A DNA stretch of 64,000 nt from an uncultured Verrucomicrobiae bacterium (GTDB lineage Bacteria > Verrucomicrobiota > Verrucomicrobiia > Palsa-1439). The DNA is taken from contig CAVQGJ010000011.1 of the NCBI GenBank assembly GCA_963712025.1, forward strand, positions 455,929-519,928, in the 5' to 3' direction. Shown piece after piece: positions 45,003 to 55,700 of this stretch. A model generated the notes under the pieces. That model made no database searches and was not told where the DNA came from. It worked only from the letters and a program-made list of their open reading frames with translations. How positions within the stretch are numbered: position 1 is the stretch's first letter; each line of letters begins with the position of its first letter. The position numbers and the translations under genes are program-made.

Positions 45003-47750
45003 TTACACCCACGATTTGCGAACCAGCCACATCTTGATTACTTGCGTCAATCCGACGTAGCACAGCAGCGTCAGGAACAACAGTGGCCAAAACAGCAGCG
45101 GCAGCGGCACGAACCCCAGCGGCGCGGCCACCGGTGAGAACGGCAGGTAGGCCCCGACAGCCATGATCAACAGCGACGTCATGGTCAGTTGCCAACTCGC
45201 CCGGGATTGGACGAAGGGGATCAAGTTGGTGCGGATGACGTGGATGATGAGTGTTTGCGTCATCAGCGATTCGACAAACCAACCCGTGTGAAACAAGGAA
45301 GCCGCATACGTCTCATCCGGCGTGGTCGCATGCGCGAACCGTGCCACCAATTCCACTGGCGGCGTGAGGTTGAGCTTGTTGCATTTGAACAGAAACCACA
45401 TCATCGCATAGGTAGTGTAGTCAAAGATCGAACTGATCGGCCCGATGAACAGAATGAATCGCGCGATCTCGCCGATCTGCCAGGGACGCGGCTTGGCAAT
45501 CTGTTGCGGCCCGACATTGTCGGTCGGGATCGGCACCTGCGAGAAATCGTAGAGCAGTGTGTTCGTCAACACCTGGATCGGCGCCATGGGCAAATACGGC
45601 AGCCACGCGCTCGCGCCGATGACGCTGAACATGTTGCCGAAGTTCGAGCTCGCGCCCATGCGAATGTACTTGAGGATATTCACGAAGACCTTGCGGCCTT
45701 CCAACACGCCTTCTTCCAGCACCATCAAACTCTTTTCGAGCAGAATCACGTCGGCGGATTCCTTGGCGATGTCCACGGCGTTGTCCACGGACACGCCCAC
45801 GTCGGCGGCCTTCAGCGCCGGCGCGTCGTTGATGCCGTCGCCCATGAACCCAACAACGTGGCCTTTGCCTTGCAGCGCCTTCACGATGCGCTGCTTGTGC
45901 GCCGGCGACAGCCGGGCGAACACATCGGTTGTCTCCACCGCATCCGTAAGCTGCGGGTCGGTCATGGTCTCGACGTCACGGCCCAGCACGATTTTCTCCG
46001 CGTCGATGCCGACTTCACGGCAGACCTTGCGGGTGACGAGGTCGTTGTCGCCGGTCAGGACCTTGACGGTGATGCCGTGCTGTCGCAACGCGGTGATGGC
46101 TTTGGCGGCGGTGTCCTTCGGCGGATCGAGAAACGCCAGGTAGCCGGTCAGCACCAGGTCACATTCGTCGGCCTTGGAGTACGCATCTCGTTTGTCCAGC
46201 TTCTTGGTCGCGACCGCCAGGACACGGAAACCGTCCGAATTCAGGTCGTTGACTTCCGCCATCAGGTCGTCGGCCAAAATCGGCTCCATCGGGAAAATCT
46301 CGCCCTCATACTCGAAGTGCGTGCACTTGACAAATACCGCCTCGGGCGCGCCCTTGGTCAGCAACTGCCGCGCGCCATCCGATCCCTCGACCGCAACGGA
46401 CATCATGCGCCGTGAGAAATCAAACGGCAACTCGTCCACCTTGGTGTACGCATCGAGCGAGAGTTCGCCGCGGAGTTCCTTGTGTTGCAGCACGGCGCGG
46501 TCGAGGACGTTCTTCAGACCGGATTGAAAATGGCTGATGAGATAGGCGTCGCGCAGCACTTCCTCGTTTTCCTTTTTGAAAACGTCACAATACACTTCGA
46601 GAATGACGTGATCCATCGTGAGCGTGCCCGTTTTGTCGGTGCACAGCACGTCCATCGCCCCGAAATTCTGGATGGAATTGAGCCGCTTGACGATGACCTT
46701 CTTTTTCGACATCGCCAGACCGCCCTTGGAAAGGCACACCGACACGATCATCGGCAGCATTTCGGGCGTCAGCCCGACGGCGACGGTCAATGCAAAGAAG
46801 AACGCCTCCTTCCAGTCGTGTTTGGTGATGCCATTGATCAGGAACACCAGCGGCACCATCACCGCCATGAACCGGATCATCAGCCAGGTGAATTTCTTCA
46901 CGCCTTTGTCGAACGCCGTTTCCACCGGCTGCCCGATGAGGCTGCGCGCCATGGTCCCGAAATAGGTGTGCGCGCCGGTGGCGACAATGGCCGCCGTGGC
47001 CGTGCCGCTCTCGACGCTCGTGCCGAGGAAACAGAGGTTTGTACGTTCGATGGGAGACACTTTGTCGCGCGTGTCGCGTGCGTCGGTCTTCTCCACCGGC
47101 AACGATTCGCCGGTCAACGTGGCCTGGATGAGAAACAGGTCCTTGGCGGAAAGGAGACGGACATCGCCGGGAATCATGTCGCCCGCGGACAGCTTCACCA
47201 CGTCGCCCGGCACGATCTCCCGCAACGGGATTTCCTTCGGCTGCCCGTCGCGGATGACGGTGGCGGTGACCTTGATCATCGCCTTGAGCTTGGCGGCGGC
47301 ATTGTCGGCCTTCGTTTCCTGGATGAATCGTAGCGACAATCCCAACACCACCATGACCAGCATCACCACGCCGCCGATGTAGTCGCTGGAAGATTCCGCC
47401 GTCGCGAAGGTCAGGATGGCGAGAATCGTGAGCAGGATGACGAGCGGATTGATCGCGGCAGTATATAGACGGTCCAGCCAGCCGTGCCGCTTCTCTTGCG
47501 CGATTTCATTGGGACCGTATTGCTCCAGCCGGGCCGCGGCCTCATCTTCAGTCAGGCCGGCGGGCGAAGTGCCGAGCAGTTGCAACACTTCGGCGGCTTC
47601 CTTCGTCGCCGCCTCCCGGACAGTATCCGCAAGCCGGTCCGTTGCGCCGTTTTTCGCGCCGCGCGAAAAAAGCTTCGCGCCCGCTCGCTTGACAACGTCC
47701 TCCGTCTCGACCACGCCCGGCAGTTTGAAATTGGGTCGGAACAAGCTCAT
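45003..47750 (-). CDS. mgtA: magnesium-translocating P-type ATPase
   Basis: Start moved to ATG 47750 (MSLFRPNFKL..). DKTGTLT phosphorylation motif, TGDN, GDGINDAPAL. MgtA-like N- and C-termini. Confidence 0.85.
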   Translation of the reverse strand: MSLFRPNFKLPGVVETEDVVKRAGAKLFSRGAKNGATDRLADTVREAATKEAAEVLQLLGTSPAGLTEDEAAARLEQYGPNEIAQEKRHGWLDRLYTAAINPLVILLTILAILTFATAESSSDYIGGVVMLVMVVLGLSLRFIQETKADNAAAKLKAMIKVTATVIRDGQPKEIPLREIVPGDVVKLSAGDMIPGDVRLLSAKDLFLIQATLTGESLPVEKTDARDTRDKVSPIERTNLCFLGTSVESGTATAAIVATGAHTYFGTMARSLIGQPVETAFDKGVKKFTWLMIRFMAVMVPLVFLINGITKHDWKEAFFFALTVAVGLTPEMLPMIVSVCLSKGGLAMSKKKVIVKRLNSIQNFGAMDVLCTDKTGTLTMDHVILEVYCDVFKKENEEVLRDAYLISHFQSGLKNVLDRAVLQHKELRGELSLDAYTKVDELPFDFSRRMMSVAVEGSDGARQLLTKGAPEAVFVKCTHFEYEGEIFPMEPILADDLMAEVNDLNSDGFRVLAVATKKLDKRDAYSKADECDLVLTGYLAFLDPPKDTAAKAITALRQHGITVKVLTGDNDLVTRKVCREVGIDAEKIVLGRDVETMTDPQLTDAVETTDVFARLSPAHKQRIVKALQGKGHVVGFMGDGINDAPALKAADVGVSVDNAVDIAKESADVILLEKSLMVLEEGVLEGRKVFVNILKYIRMGASSNFGNMFSVIGASAWLPYLPMAPIQVLTNTLLYDFSQVPIPTDNVGPQQIAKPRPWQIGEIARFILFIGPISSIFDYTTYAMMWFLFKCNKLNLTPPVELVARFAHATTPDETYAASLFHTGWFVESLMTQTLIIHVIRTNLIPFVQSRASWQLTMTSLLIMAVGAYLPFSPVAAPLGFVPLPLLFWPLLFLTLLCYVGLTQVIKMWLVRKSWV

Positions 47751-47835
47751 AACGCAAATGCCCGGCTTACATACACGCGTCGATGGAATTTTGCACGGAG
47801 AATTTTCGGAATACGGCCGTATGGACGACGTGGCC

Positions 47836-48777
47836 CTACCCTTGCCGCTGATACCACGCCACGGCTTTCTCGATGCCCTCGCGGAACCCGACACGAGGTT
47901 TCCACCCGAGGAGTTTTTCGGCCTTCGAAACGTCGGCCTGGCTGTGGAGGATATCGCCGGGGCGCGGCGGGTCAAACTTCGGCTGGATGTTCTTGCCGAG
48001 AATCTTGTTCACCGTGTCCACGAGATCCAACAACGAGACCCGGCCGCCGCAGGCGATGTTGAACGCCTGTCCAAGCGCTTCCTTGGGCGCCTGACAGGCG
48101 AGCAGGTTGGCTTCGATGATGTTTTCGACGTGCGAAAAGTCGCGCGTCTGTTTCCCGTCGCCGTAGATCGTCGGCGACTGGTCCTTCAGGATGGCGGTGA
48201 TGAACCGCGGGATGACCGCCGCGTACTGCGATTGCGGGTCCTGCCTCGGGCCAAATACATTGAAATACCGGAGCGAGATCGTCTCCAGCCCGTACAGTTG
48301 CCGGAAGATGGTGCAGTAATACTCGCCGGTGATCTTGTGGACGGCATACGGCGACAACGGCGATGGCGGCATGTCTTCGCGCTTGGGCAACGTCGGCGTG
48401 TCGCCGTACACGCTGGAGGAGGAACTGAACACCACGCGCTGGACACCCGCGTCCCGCGCCGCGATCAACAGGTTCACCGTGCCCAGGATGTTGGCTTCGC
48501 TCGTGGTCCGCGGGTCCTCCACGGAGCGGATCACGCTCGGCATCGCGCCCAGGTGAAGCACGAAACGCACGCCGTTGACCGCCTGCGCCACCGCCTTGGG
48601 ATCGCGCAAATCACCTTCGACAATCTCCGCCTTGTCGGCAAACGCTTGGATGTTCCCCCGTTTGCCGCTGGAAAAATTGTCGAAGACGCGCACACGGCGG
48701 CCCAGCCCCACCAAGTGCTCGGCAATGTTCGAGCCGATGAACCCGGCTCCCCCGGTGACCAAATAGTCCATACTCAT
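47836..48777 (-). CDS. SDR-family NAD-dependent sugar-nucleotide 4-epimerase (WbpP/TviC-like)
   Basis: 313 aa. GGAGFIGSN Rossmann motif. YAVHK catalytic motif. Located downstream of ugd. Confidence 0.75.
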   Translation of the reverse strand: MSMDYLVTGGAGFIGSNIAEHLVGLGRRVRVFDNFSSGKRGNIQAFADKAEIVEGDLRDPKAVAQAVNGVRFVLHLGAMPSVIRSVEDPRTTSEANILGTVNLLIAARDAGVQRVVFSSSSSVYGDTPTLPKREDMPPSPLSPYAVHKITGEYYCTIFRQLYGLETISLRYFNVFGPRQDPQSQYAAVIPRFITAILKDQSPTIYGDGKQTRDFSHVENIIEANLLACQAPKEALGQAFNIACGGRVSLLDLVDTVNKILGKNIQPKFDPPRPGDILHSQADVSKAEKLLGWKPRVGFREGIEKAVAWYQRQG

Positions 48778-48804
48778 TCTCCCCTGCCCACGCTGCGGTG
48801 CATA

Positions 48805-50098
48805 TCACCTGCCGATGCTCTTGTAGACAAACCCCAACTCGGCCATCTTCTGCGGGTCGTAGAGGTTGCGACCGTCCAGCACAATGGGCTGGCCCATGAC
48901 GCCGCGCAGCTTTTCCAGGTCAAGCTGGCGGAATTCGTCCCATTCGGTGCAGATCAGGAGCCCGTCGGCTCCCGTCGCCGCCGCGTACGGACCATCGCAA
49001 AACTCCACGCCCGGCAACAACTCACGCGCCTTGTCCATCGCCTTGGGGTCGTACGCGCGGATTCTGGCGCCTTCCTTCTGCAAGGGACGGATGACATCGA
49101 GCGACGGCGCGAGCCGCATATCATCCGTGTTCGGCTTGAACGCCAGCCCGAGGACACCGATGGTCTTGTCCTTCACGATCCACAAGCTGTCGTGGATCAT
49201 CTTCAGAAAGTACTGAATCTGGTCCGTATTGATCTGCTGCACTTCCTTGAGCAGGCGGAAATCGTAGCCCAGCGCATCGGCGATGTGAATGAATGCGCTT
49301 ATATCCTTCGGGAAACACGACCCGCCATAGCCGAGGCCCGCGTTCAGGAACGCCCGCCCGATGCGCTTGTCCAGCCCCATGCCGTTGACGACATCGGAAA
49401 TGTTGGCGCCGCTGGCTTCGCAAATCACCGCCAGCGCGTTGGCATAGGAAATCTTCAGGGCGAGAAACGAATTGCAGGCGTGCTTGATCAACTCCGCGCT
49501 GTTGATGTCCGTGATGATGATCGGCGCGTGGAACGGCGAATAAATCTCCTTCATCTTGGCGACGGGCCGCGGGCTGCCAACGCCGATGACCACCCGATCC
49601 GGTTGCATGAGGTCTTGCACGGCGCAGCCCTCCCGCAGGAACTCGGGGTTGCTGACGACGTCGAAGTCAACCTTGTGCTTGTTGTAGCGTTTGATGGTCT
49701 CCGCGACCTTCTCCCCCGTTTTGACCGGGACGGTGGATTTGTCCACGATGATCTTGTACTCCGTCATGGTGCCGGCGATCTCGCGCGCCACCCGCTCGAC
49801 AAAACTCATGTCCACCGAGCCGTCGGGATTGGGCGGCGTGGGCACCGCGATGAAGACCACCTCGGAGTTTTTCACCCCGTCGGCAATTTCGCCCGTGAAC
49901 CGCAACCGCCCCGTGCGCGACATTGCGCTTGACGATTTCCTCCAGGCCCGGCTCGTAAATGGGGATGCCGCCGGCCCGCAGCACTTCGACCTTTTTCAGG
50001 TCGTTATCCACGCAGATCACCTCATGGCCGACTTCGGCGAAACAGGCGCCGGTCACCAAACCCACGTATCCCGTTCCGACAATGCTTATCTTCGGCAT
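48805..50098 (-). CDS. ugd: UDP-glucose 6-dehydrogenase (one frame break)
   Basis: N-terminus [39 protein letters not shown] in ORF 49667..50119. The rest ([23 protein letters not shown]..) lies in ORF 48805..49923. The break is at about 49915-49925. Confidence 0.85.
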
Positions 50099-50121
50099 AC
50101 TGTCGCTATTTCCTCTCACAC

Positions 50122-52717
50122 TTAGTTCACCGCGATGACCGCTTCCGGATAGGCCTTCAACGTCAGGCTGAAGAACGCCGTCATTTCATTGGGTGTGCTT
50201 CCCGATGCGTTCCGCTGCTCAAGATACCGGAATCCATAGGTAATGTACCAGTCGTGTGTTTCCTGACGCAAGGTGTACTCTTGCTCCTCCCACGCGCCAT
50301 CCTGAAGGTCCACCCGCTCGTACAGGTGCGCCGTCCAGTGGCGCGTCAGCTTGTACGCCCAGTCCACACTCACCAGGTTGCTGTCCCCCCGCAGGTATCG
50401 CGTGCCCACTCCCAGCGTCCAGCGGTCGGCATCGATCAGGCGCAGGGCCGTGTTGAACTCGCGCATGATCCCGCCATTGATCTGGTATCGCCCAAACGTG
50501 TCCAACGAGCACCACCGATACGGACGAAACTCCATCGTGCCAAAAAAATCGGAAAAATCGGTCTCGCCAGCCGTCTTCTCAACTTCATAATCCGTCCAGC
50601 CCGTCAGATCGATCAGATTCCACGCCTGGTTGTCCCGCCGGGTCTGCACGGTTTGGCGCAGCCCGAAACGGATGGTGTCCTCGCCCGTAATCGAGTCGAT
50701 CGCATTATTCGCCGGAAAGTCCAGCGGCGAATAGCGCGTGACGGACAGGCTGTCGCCCCCCAACAGCGTGACATCGCGCACGGAATCGAATTGAAACAGG
50801 TCGTTGGTCGCGCGGTCGACACGCGGGATCCACTGGTAGTCCGCGAACGGTTGCAGGATGTGCCGCAGCCCGTCGATGTGCAACCAGTCGCTGTGCACGT
50901 CGTCCCACTCCCGCGAGATCTTGAACGATGTCTCCGCGCCCAGATCGTACACGACCCGGGTCACGTTCTGCGTCTCCGGGGCATCTGACGGCGCGCGCGA
51001 ATAGTAATCGCCGCGGATCCCGGCGCGCGGAACCACCGACAACCAACCGCCCACCATCGACGGCACCACAATCTGATGAAACGTGTCCGCCCGGACCGCG
51101 TTGCCCACGAAATCCGGGCTTTCGCCCGTGCCCACAATGTTCGTCGGGCCGGCCACGTCGTGGTATTGCCCGACGCTGCTTTCGCCTTCATAGAAGAACG
51201 GCGTGTTGCCCAGGCGCGTTCGGTCCACCGCCAGTTTCGCTTCTGGGAGACGTTCCACCTCCGTAAAGAACTTGTCGAACTGCGGCCGGACAAGAAACGA
51301 CAGCGTATAGTCCGGTCCGGCCTTCGTGATGTCCGCCACCGAATCGGGCGCGCGGTCGTGGTCGAATTCATGGCGGAAATAATCGTGGATCACCTCGGCG
51401 TCGCTCATCTTGTTGAGATCGACGGTGACCGTCACGTCATTGGTCAAATACTGCTTGTGCTGCCACTCGACGCGGTAGCGGGCCGCGGAGTTGGTGACGA
51501 AGCCGGTCGCGGGCGGGTTGGTCACGCCGCCCGTCACCGTGGTCCCGCCGGGTTCGGACTTGTCCGGCTCCGCGTCGTCAATAAAGTAGCCGGTCAACAA
51601 TCCCTGAGCCGCCGAGCCGAACCGATACTTCACGTCCGCGCCGGTGCCGAAGCCGCGTTCCGTCCGCCCGTCGGCGTGAACGGTCAGGTCCATGTACTTG
51701 TTCACTTTCCAGGTGAAACTGGACAGCACGAACGCTCCCCACAGCGAGTTGTCGCCCACGCTCACCACCATCGGCGGCATGTCTCCCTTCAGCGACCAGA
51801 TCACGAGGGGCGACCACAGCACCGGCACGTTCCCCTGATGCACCGTGGCGTCGTGCAACACCAGTCGGTCACCCGTCCACGTTTCGCCGTGCTTCGCTTG
51901 CAGAGTATAGCCGGGGTGCTCCAGGTCGCTGGTCGTGACCGTGGCACGGGCGAACACATAGTGGTTGGTGCCCACCTGTTCAAGGTCGTGGACCTGCAGG
52001 TAGACGGGATCGACAAACCCGCTCGCTTCGTCCGCCTTCAACCGCCGCGTGGCGAAGTTGTAGTACGCCGCTGGCGCGATCCATTCCTGGGCGCCCTGAT
52101 TGATCCGTACATGGCCCTCGGCCCACGCTTCATTGGTTTGCTTGTTGAACCGTATCCGGTCGGCCACCAACGTGACATCCTTGTCCCGCATCAGGGCATT
52201 GCCCTCGGCGAGAAACGTCTTCGCGACGTTGTCGAATGTCATCTTCTCCGCGTTGATCGTTGGACTCGGAGTTGGGCCGACTTCGGCAGCCGCCGGCTCC
52301 GCCACCATGTTGGTCGGCGGCGGCACGGTCACCGTCATGTTCGTGGCCGGCTCAACAACCACATTTGTGACTGCCTCTGGTGTCGCATTCGTCGATGGCC
52401 CGACCGATGGGGTCGCGGAAGACTCTGGGAGCGTGTTGGTCGCCGGCTCCGTGACGGCGTTGGTGGTGGGCTCAACAACCACATTCGTGGCCAACTCGGT
52501 TGTCGCATTCGTTGCCGGCTCGACGGTCACATTTGTCGCCGCCTCTGGTCGTCGCATTCGTCGATGGCGCGACCGGTGGGGTGACGGAAGACTCCGGGAG
52601 CGTGTTGGTCGACGGCTCGACCGTCACGTTGGTCGCCACCGGCTCGTCGGCGCGCACAGTCATCGCCCAAGCCGCCAGCGCCGCTGCCAACCACAGGAAT
52701 CGCCCCACTCTCCTCAT
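50122..52717 (-). CDS. lptD: LptD/OstA-like outer-membrane LPS-assembly protein with repetitive N-terminal linker (one frame break)
   Basis: OstA-like N-domain (..[31 protein letters not shown]..) and a large beta-barrel region. The signal peptide [23 protein letters not shown] is in ORF 52472..52717. The break is at about 52549-52556. Confidence 0.65.
52258..52651 (-). repeat. coding tandem repeats (about 8-9 aa units, consensus EPATNVTV) in the LptD-like N-terminal linker
   Basis: ATNVTVEP / STNTLPES / ATNATTEL / ATNVVVEP / TTNAVTEP / ATNMTVTV and related units, read directly from the translation. Confidence 0.7.
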
Positions 52718-53373
52718 AAAAGCGGGCGAACGCTAACACATCCCGCGTCGCGCCAGCAAGGCGAAAGCCCCATCACCACCAGGCACAAAAATCGCCTGCC
52801 CATCTCATTCCTGCGAGGCGAACTCGCAAAACTGCGGGCGCAGGCGCGCGGGAACACTTTGTTCATCGGAAATAGCGCCCGTAGTCCCGTGGTTTTCGAA
52901 ATCCTCTGTGATCGTGCACGAAGCCTGCTTTCTCTCCCCGCGTCAGCCAACAAATGGGAAACAATCACATGAAAAGATCAAGAATTCCTCCCACCAATCT
53001 AACCGACTGGATTGAGTTCTGTTGGCTGTACGTTGTCAGCCCGGTCTTCCGGTCCGCGCCAAACAAGCGCAAGGCGTACTTCGAGCACCGCCTCGGCAAG
53101 ATTTACAACATGCCCTGCTTCTGAGTTCCCCCCGCCTCGCGCGTGAATTCTGGCGACCTTTGGCCCTCAATCGGGCAAGGCGTTTACTCCCTGCTCTGGT
53201 TCTGTCAATGAACCGCGGCTGGATCCGCGTCAAAATCTGGCGTTAGGAAAGAGCGGTTGTCGGTAGCGCCCACTCTTGGCGATTGGTTGCGAAGGCATCC
53301 GGCGCGTCAGAATTTGTGCTCGCAATTGCGCGGACAACCGTGGTAGACTTCCTATTCTACGAGGCTTGGACGT

Positions 53374-54282
53374 ATGAAGAGAACGCTGAGAATCACCTCT
53401 CTTGGAGTCTTCCTGCTCCTTGGTTTCTGCTTTGCAGTCCCCCTCGCACATGCTGATACTATCTACGCATCCGCGTATGGTTTCGACGAGATATTGAAAA
53501 TCGACTCGAATGGGTCCGTGTCCACCTTCGCCTCTGTTGGTTCTGGACTGAACAACCCGCTTGGCCTTGCCTTCGACAATAACGGCAATCTCTACGTAGC
53601 TAATTCTGGCGATAACACGATTGAGGAATTCAATTCGAGCGGAACCGGGTCGATCTTCGCCACATCGGGATTGAGCCTTCCCATTGGTCTTGCCTTCGAC
53701 GCCAGCGGCAATCTCTTCGTCGCCAACGCTGCCAACAGTACGATTGAGGAATTTAATCCGAACGGAACCGGCACGGTGTTCGCCACCGCAACCTCGGGCT
53801 TGAACGGCCCCGTTGCGCTCGCGTTTGACGGCAGCGGCAACCTCTTCGTTGCAAACCAGGGTAACAGCAGCATCGAGGAATTCGGCTCAAGCGGAACCGG
53901 GTCGGTCTTCGCCACATCCGCCTCGGGCGTAAGCAATCCATATGGCCTTGCTTTCTACGGCGGCGATCTCTATGTGGCGAACTACAGCGGCAATACGATA
54001 GAGAGATTTAATTCGAACGGACAAGGATCGATCTTCACGTCGACGAACCTGCTAGCGGCTCCTATTGGTCTCGCCTTCGACAGCAGCGGCAATCTCTTCG
54101 TCGCGAACCATTTCACCGCTTCAATTCTGGAATTCAATTCCAGCGGTGTCGGCTCCGTGTTCGCTTCGGGCTTAGGTAACCCTACTGATCTCGCCATCGA
54201 CGTTCCCGAGCCATCGTCGTTTCTGCTGGCCGTGCTCGGAGTCGTATCCCTCGCCGCGCTCCTCAAACGCCACCGCGCATAA
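53374..54282 (+). CDS. NHL-repeat beta-propeller protein with PEP-CTERM sorting signal
   Basis: Signal peptide. Six repeats of the form PxGLAFDxSGNLFVANxxNxTIEEFNxxGTGSVFA. C-terminal VPEPSSFLLAVLGVVSLAALLKRHRA. Confidence 0.85.
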   Translation: MKRTLRITSLGVFLLLGFCFAVPLAHADTIYASAYGFDEILKIDSNGSVSTFASVGSGLNNPLGLAFDNNGNLYVANSGDNTIEEFNSSGTGSIFATSGLSLPIGLAFDASGNLFVANAANSTIEEFNPNGTGTVFATATSGLNGPVALAFDGSGNLFVANQGNSSIEEFGSSGTGSVFATSASGVSNPYGLAFYGGDLYVANYSGNTIERFNSNGQGSIFTSTNLLAAPIGLAFDSSGNLFVANHFTASILEFNSSGVGSVFASGLGNPTDLAIDVPEPSSFLLAVLGVVSLAALLKRHRA

Positions 54283-54319
54283 CGTCAGGATTACAGCGTC
54301 CGTGTTGAGAGCGGTCGCG

Positions 54320-54700
54320 TCAGCGCGCGGCGACCACTTCGATCTCGATCAGCGCGTCCTTGGGCAGTCGGGCGACCTGCACCGTCGAGCGCGCCGGCGG
54401 CTCCTTCGCGAAATACGTCGCGTAGACCCCGTTCATCGCCCCGAAATTGTCCATGTCACTCAAAAACACCGTGGACTTCACCACGTTGCCGAAATCCAGA
54501 CCTTGCGACTTCAACAAGCCGCGGATGTTCTCCAGAACGCGCGTCGCTTGTTCGGTGATCCCGCCCGCCACCATGTTTCCCGTCCCCGGATCGAGCGGGA
54601 TTTGCCCCGCGCAAAACAAATAGTCCCCGGCCCAGACGGCCTGTGAATAGGGCCCGATCGCCTTGGGGGCGGCATCGGTCGCCACGATTTGACGTTTCAT
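54320..54700 (-). CDS. ridA: RidA family reactive-intermediate deaminase
   Basis: 126 aa from ATG 54700. APKAIGPYSQAV..AGQIPLDP..ARSTVQVARLPKDALIEIE. Confidence 0.85.
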   Translation of the reverse strand: MKRQIVATDAAPKAIGPYSQAVWAGDYLFCAGQIPLDPGTGNMVAGGITEQATRVLENIRGLLKSQGLDFGNVVKSTVFLSDMDNFGAMNGVYATYFAKEPPARSTVQVARLPKDALIEIEVVAAR

Positions 54701-55179
54701 TCGTTTGTCTCCGTTGTTGGTACCGTTGAATCCTCCGGACCCCACGCCAGCCACGCGGCCATCGCCAGCAACACGAAATCCTCGGCCAGCGCCGTGACGC
54801 CCACCCGTCGCGCATCGACGGTGCCGAAGCAGCCGCAACGGATGTCATACCCGTGGGCCAGCGCCCAGCCGATGGCCGCCAGGAAGACGACCATCAATCC
54901 GGTGATCACCAACGCGCTCGCGCGTTTCCAGGCGCCGAGAACCAACAGTCCGCCCGCCAGCAGTTCAATCCACGGCAGGGTGATGGCCACGAGGTTGGTC
55001 AACGCCCGCGGCGGGACGTGGTAATTGGCAACGTCCTCGGCGAACTGTGTCAGGTCGGGAACATGCGAGAACTGGATCCCATGCGCGTGGCTCACCTGCA
55101 CGTTCCCGATCTTGATGACGGCCGAGACGATGAACACGCCGCCGATGATCACCCGCAGAATCAGGTTCACAATCTTCAT
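54697..55179 (-). CDS. MauE/DoxX-family membrane protein
   Basis: 160 aa from ATG 55179. Four TM helices. CGCFG motif. Paired with a rhodanese gene. Confidence 0.7.
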   Translation of the reverse strand: MKIVNLILRVIIGGVFIVSAVIKIGNVQVSHAHGIQFSHVPDLTQFAEDVANYHVPPRALTNLVAITLPWIELLAGGLLVLGAWKRASALVITGLMVVFLAAIGWALAHGYDIRCGCFGTVDARRVGVTALAEDFVLLAMAAWLAWGPEDSTVPTTETNE

Positions 55180-55640
55180 GGCTGGTCCCCGGCGTGCGTC
55201 AACAGCCCCGCGGTGTGCCACGTCGTCCAGCCATTGGCAAGCAGGTGCACGTTGTGATACCCGAGCTCGCGCAGTCGGTCCATCAGCCGATGGCTCAGGT
55301 CGCAGTCTGGCCCATCGCAATAGACGACAATCGCGGAATCGGATGTCAACATCGGTTGGATTTGCGGGTAGTGGTCGTCGAATTCCTCGATCGGCAGGCT
55401 CAAGGCGCCGGCGATGTGCCCGGCTTGATAGTCCGCCGTCGCGCGCGCATCGAGAAACAACGCCGTCCCGCTGCCCCACAACGCTTTCGCCTCTTCCAGC
55501 GCCACCGTGTCTTTGGCCTGGGGCGGGGCTTTCGGTGGCGTGAGGAATGGGATCCGCCGCGGCGATAGCGCGTTGGCGGCCAACCCCGCCGCCGCGCCGG
55601 CCATCACGATCACCAGCGCCTGCCGGAGCGTGCGCGCCAT
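55176..55640 (-). CDS. rhodanese-domain protein with N-terminal membrane anchor
   Basis: ..ALFLDARATADYQAGHIAGALSLP..IVVYCDGPDCDLSH.. (active-site Cys loop). The start could instead be 55697. Confidence 0.7.
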   Translation of the reverse strand: MARTLRQALVIVMAGAAAGLAANALSPRRIPFLTPPKAPPQAKDTVALEEAKALWGSGTALFLDARATADYQAGHIAGALSLPIEEFDDHYPQIQPMLTSDSAIVVYCDGPDCDLSHRLMDRLRELGYHNVHLLANGWTTWHTAGLLTHAGDQP

Positions 55641-55700
55641 CCCTCCACCGGCCACTGTCGCAGGACGATGATCGCCGGTATCGTAATCTTCCTTCAAGTG

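Noticed and set aside
47751-47835. Possible Mg2+ riboswitch (M-box) upstream of mgtA
   Set aside because: Only about 85 nt separate the mgtA start from the stop of the upstream epimerase gene. That is too short for an approximately 160-nt M-box, and I saw no M-box-like conserved helices.
47416-49932. 838-aa plus-strand ORF. Similar long shadow ORFs occur at 32483..34585, 35511..37391, 8833..10797, 587..1909, 3172..4254, 41222..42604, 45189..46415, 51076..52584 and 59878..61125.
   Set aside because: All lie antisense to genes with clear family motifs (mgtA, epimerase, ugd, uvrD, GloVer protein, gspD, TPR protein, folC, clpX, lptD, the 485-aa ORF). All have the Arg/Gly/His-rich composition of out-of-frame GC-rich DNA.
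52258-52651. Regularly spaced short repeats that could be mistaken for a CRISPR-like array
   Set aside because: The units are about 24-27 nt, contiguous and without spacers, and in frame within the LptD-like ORF. This is a coding tandem repeat.
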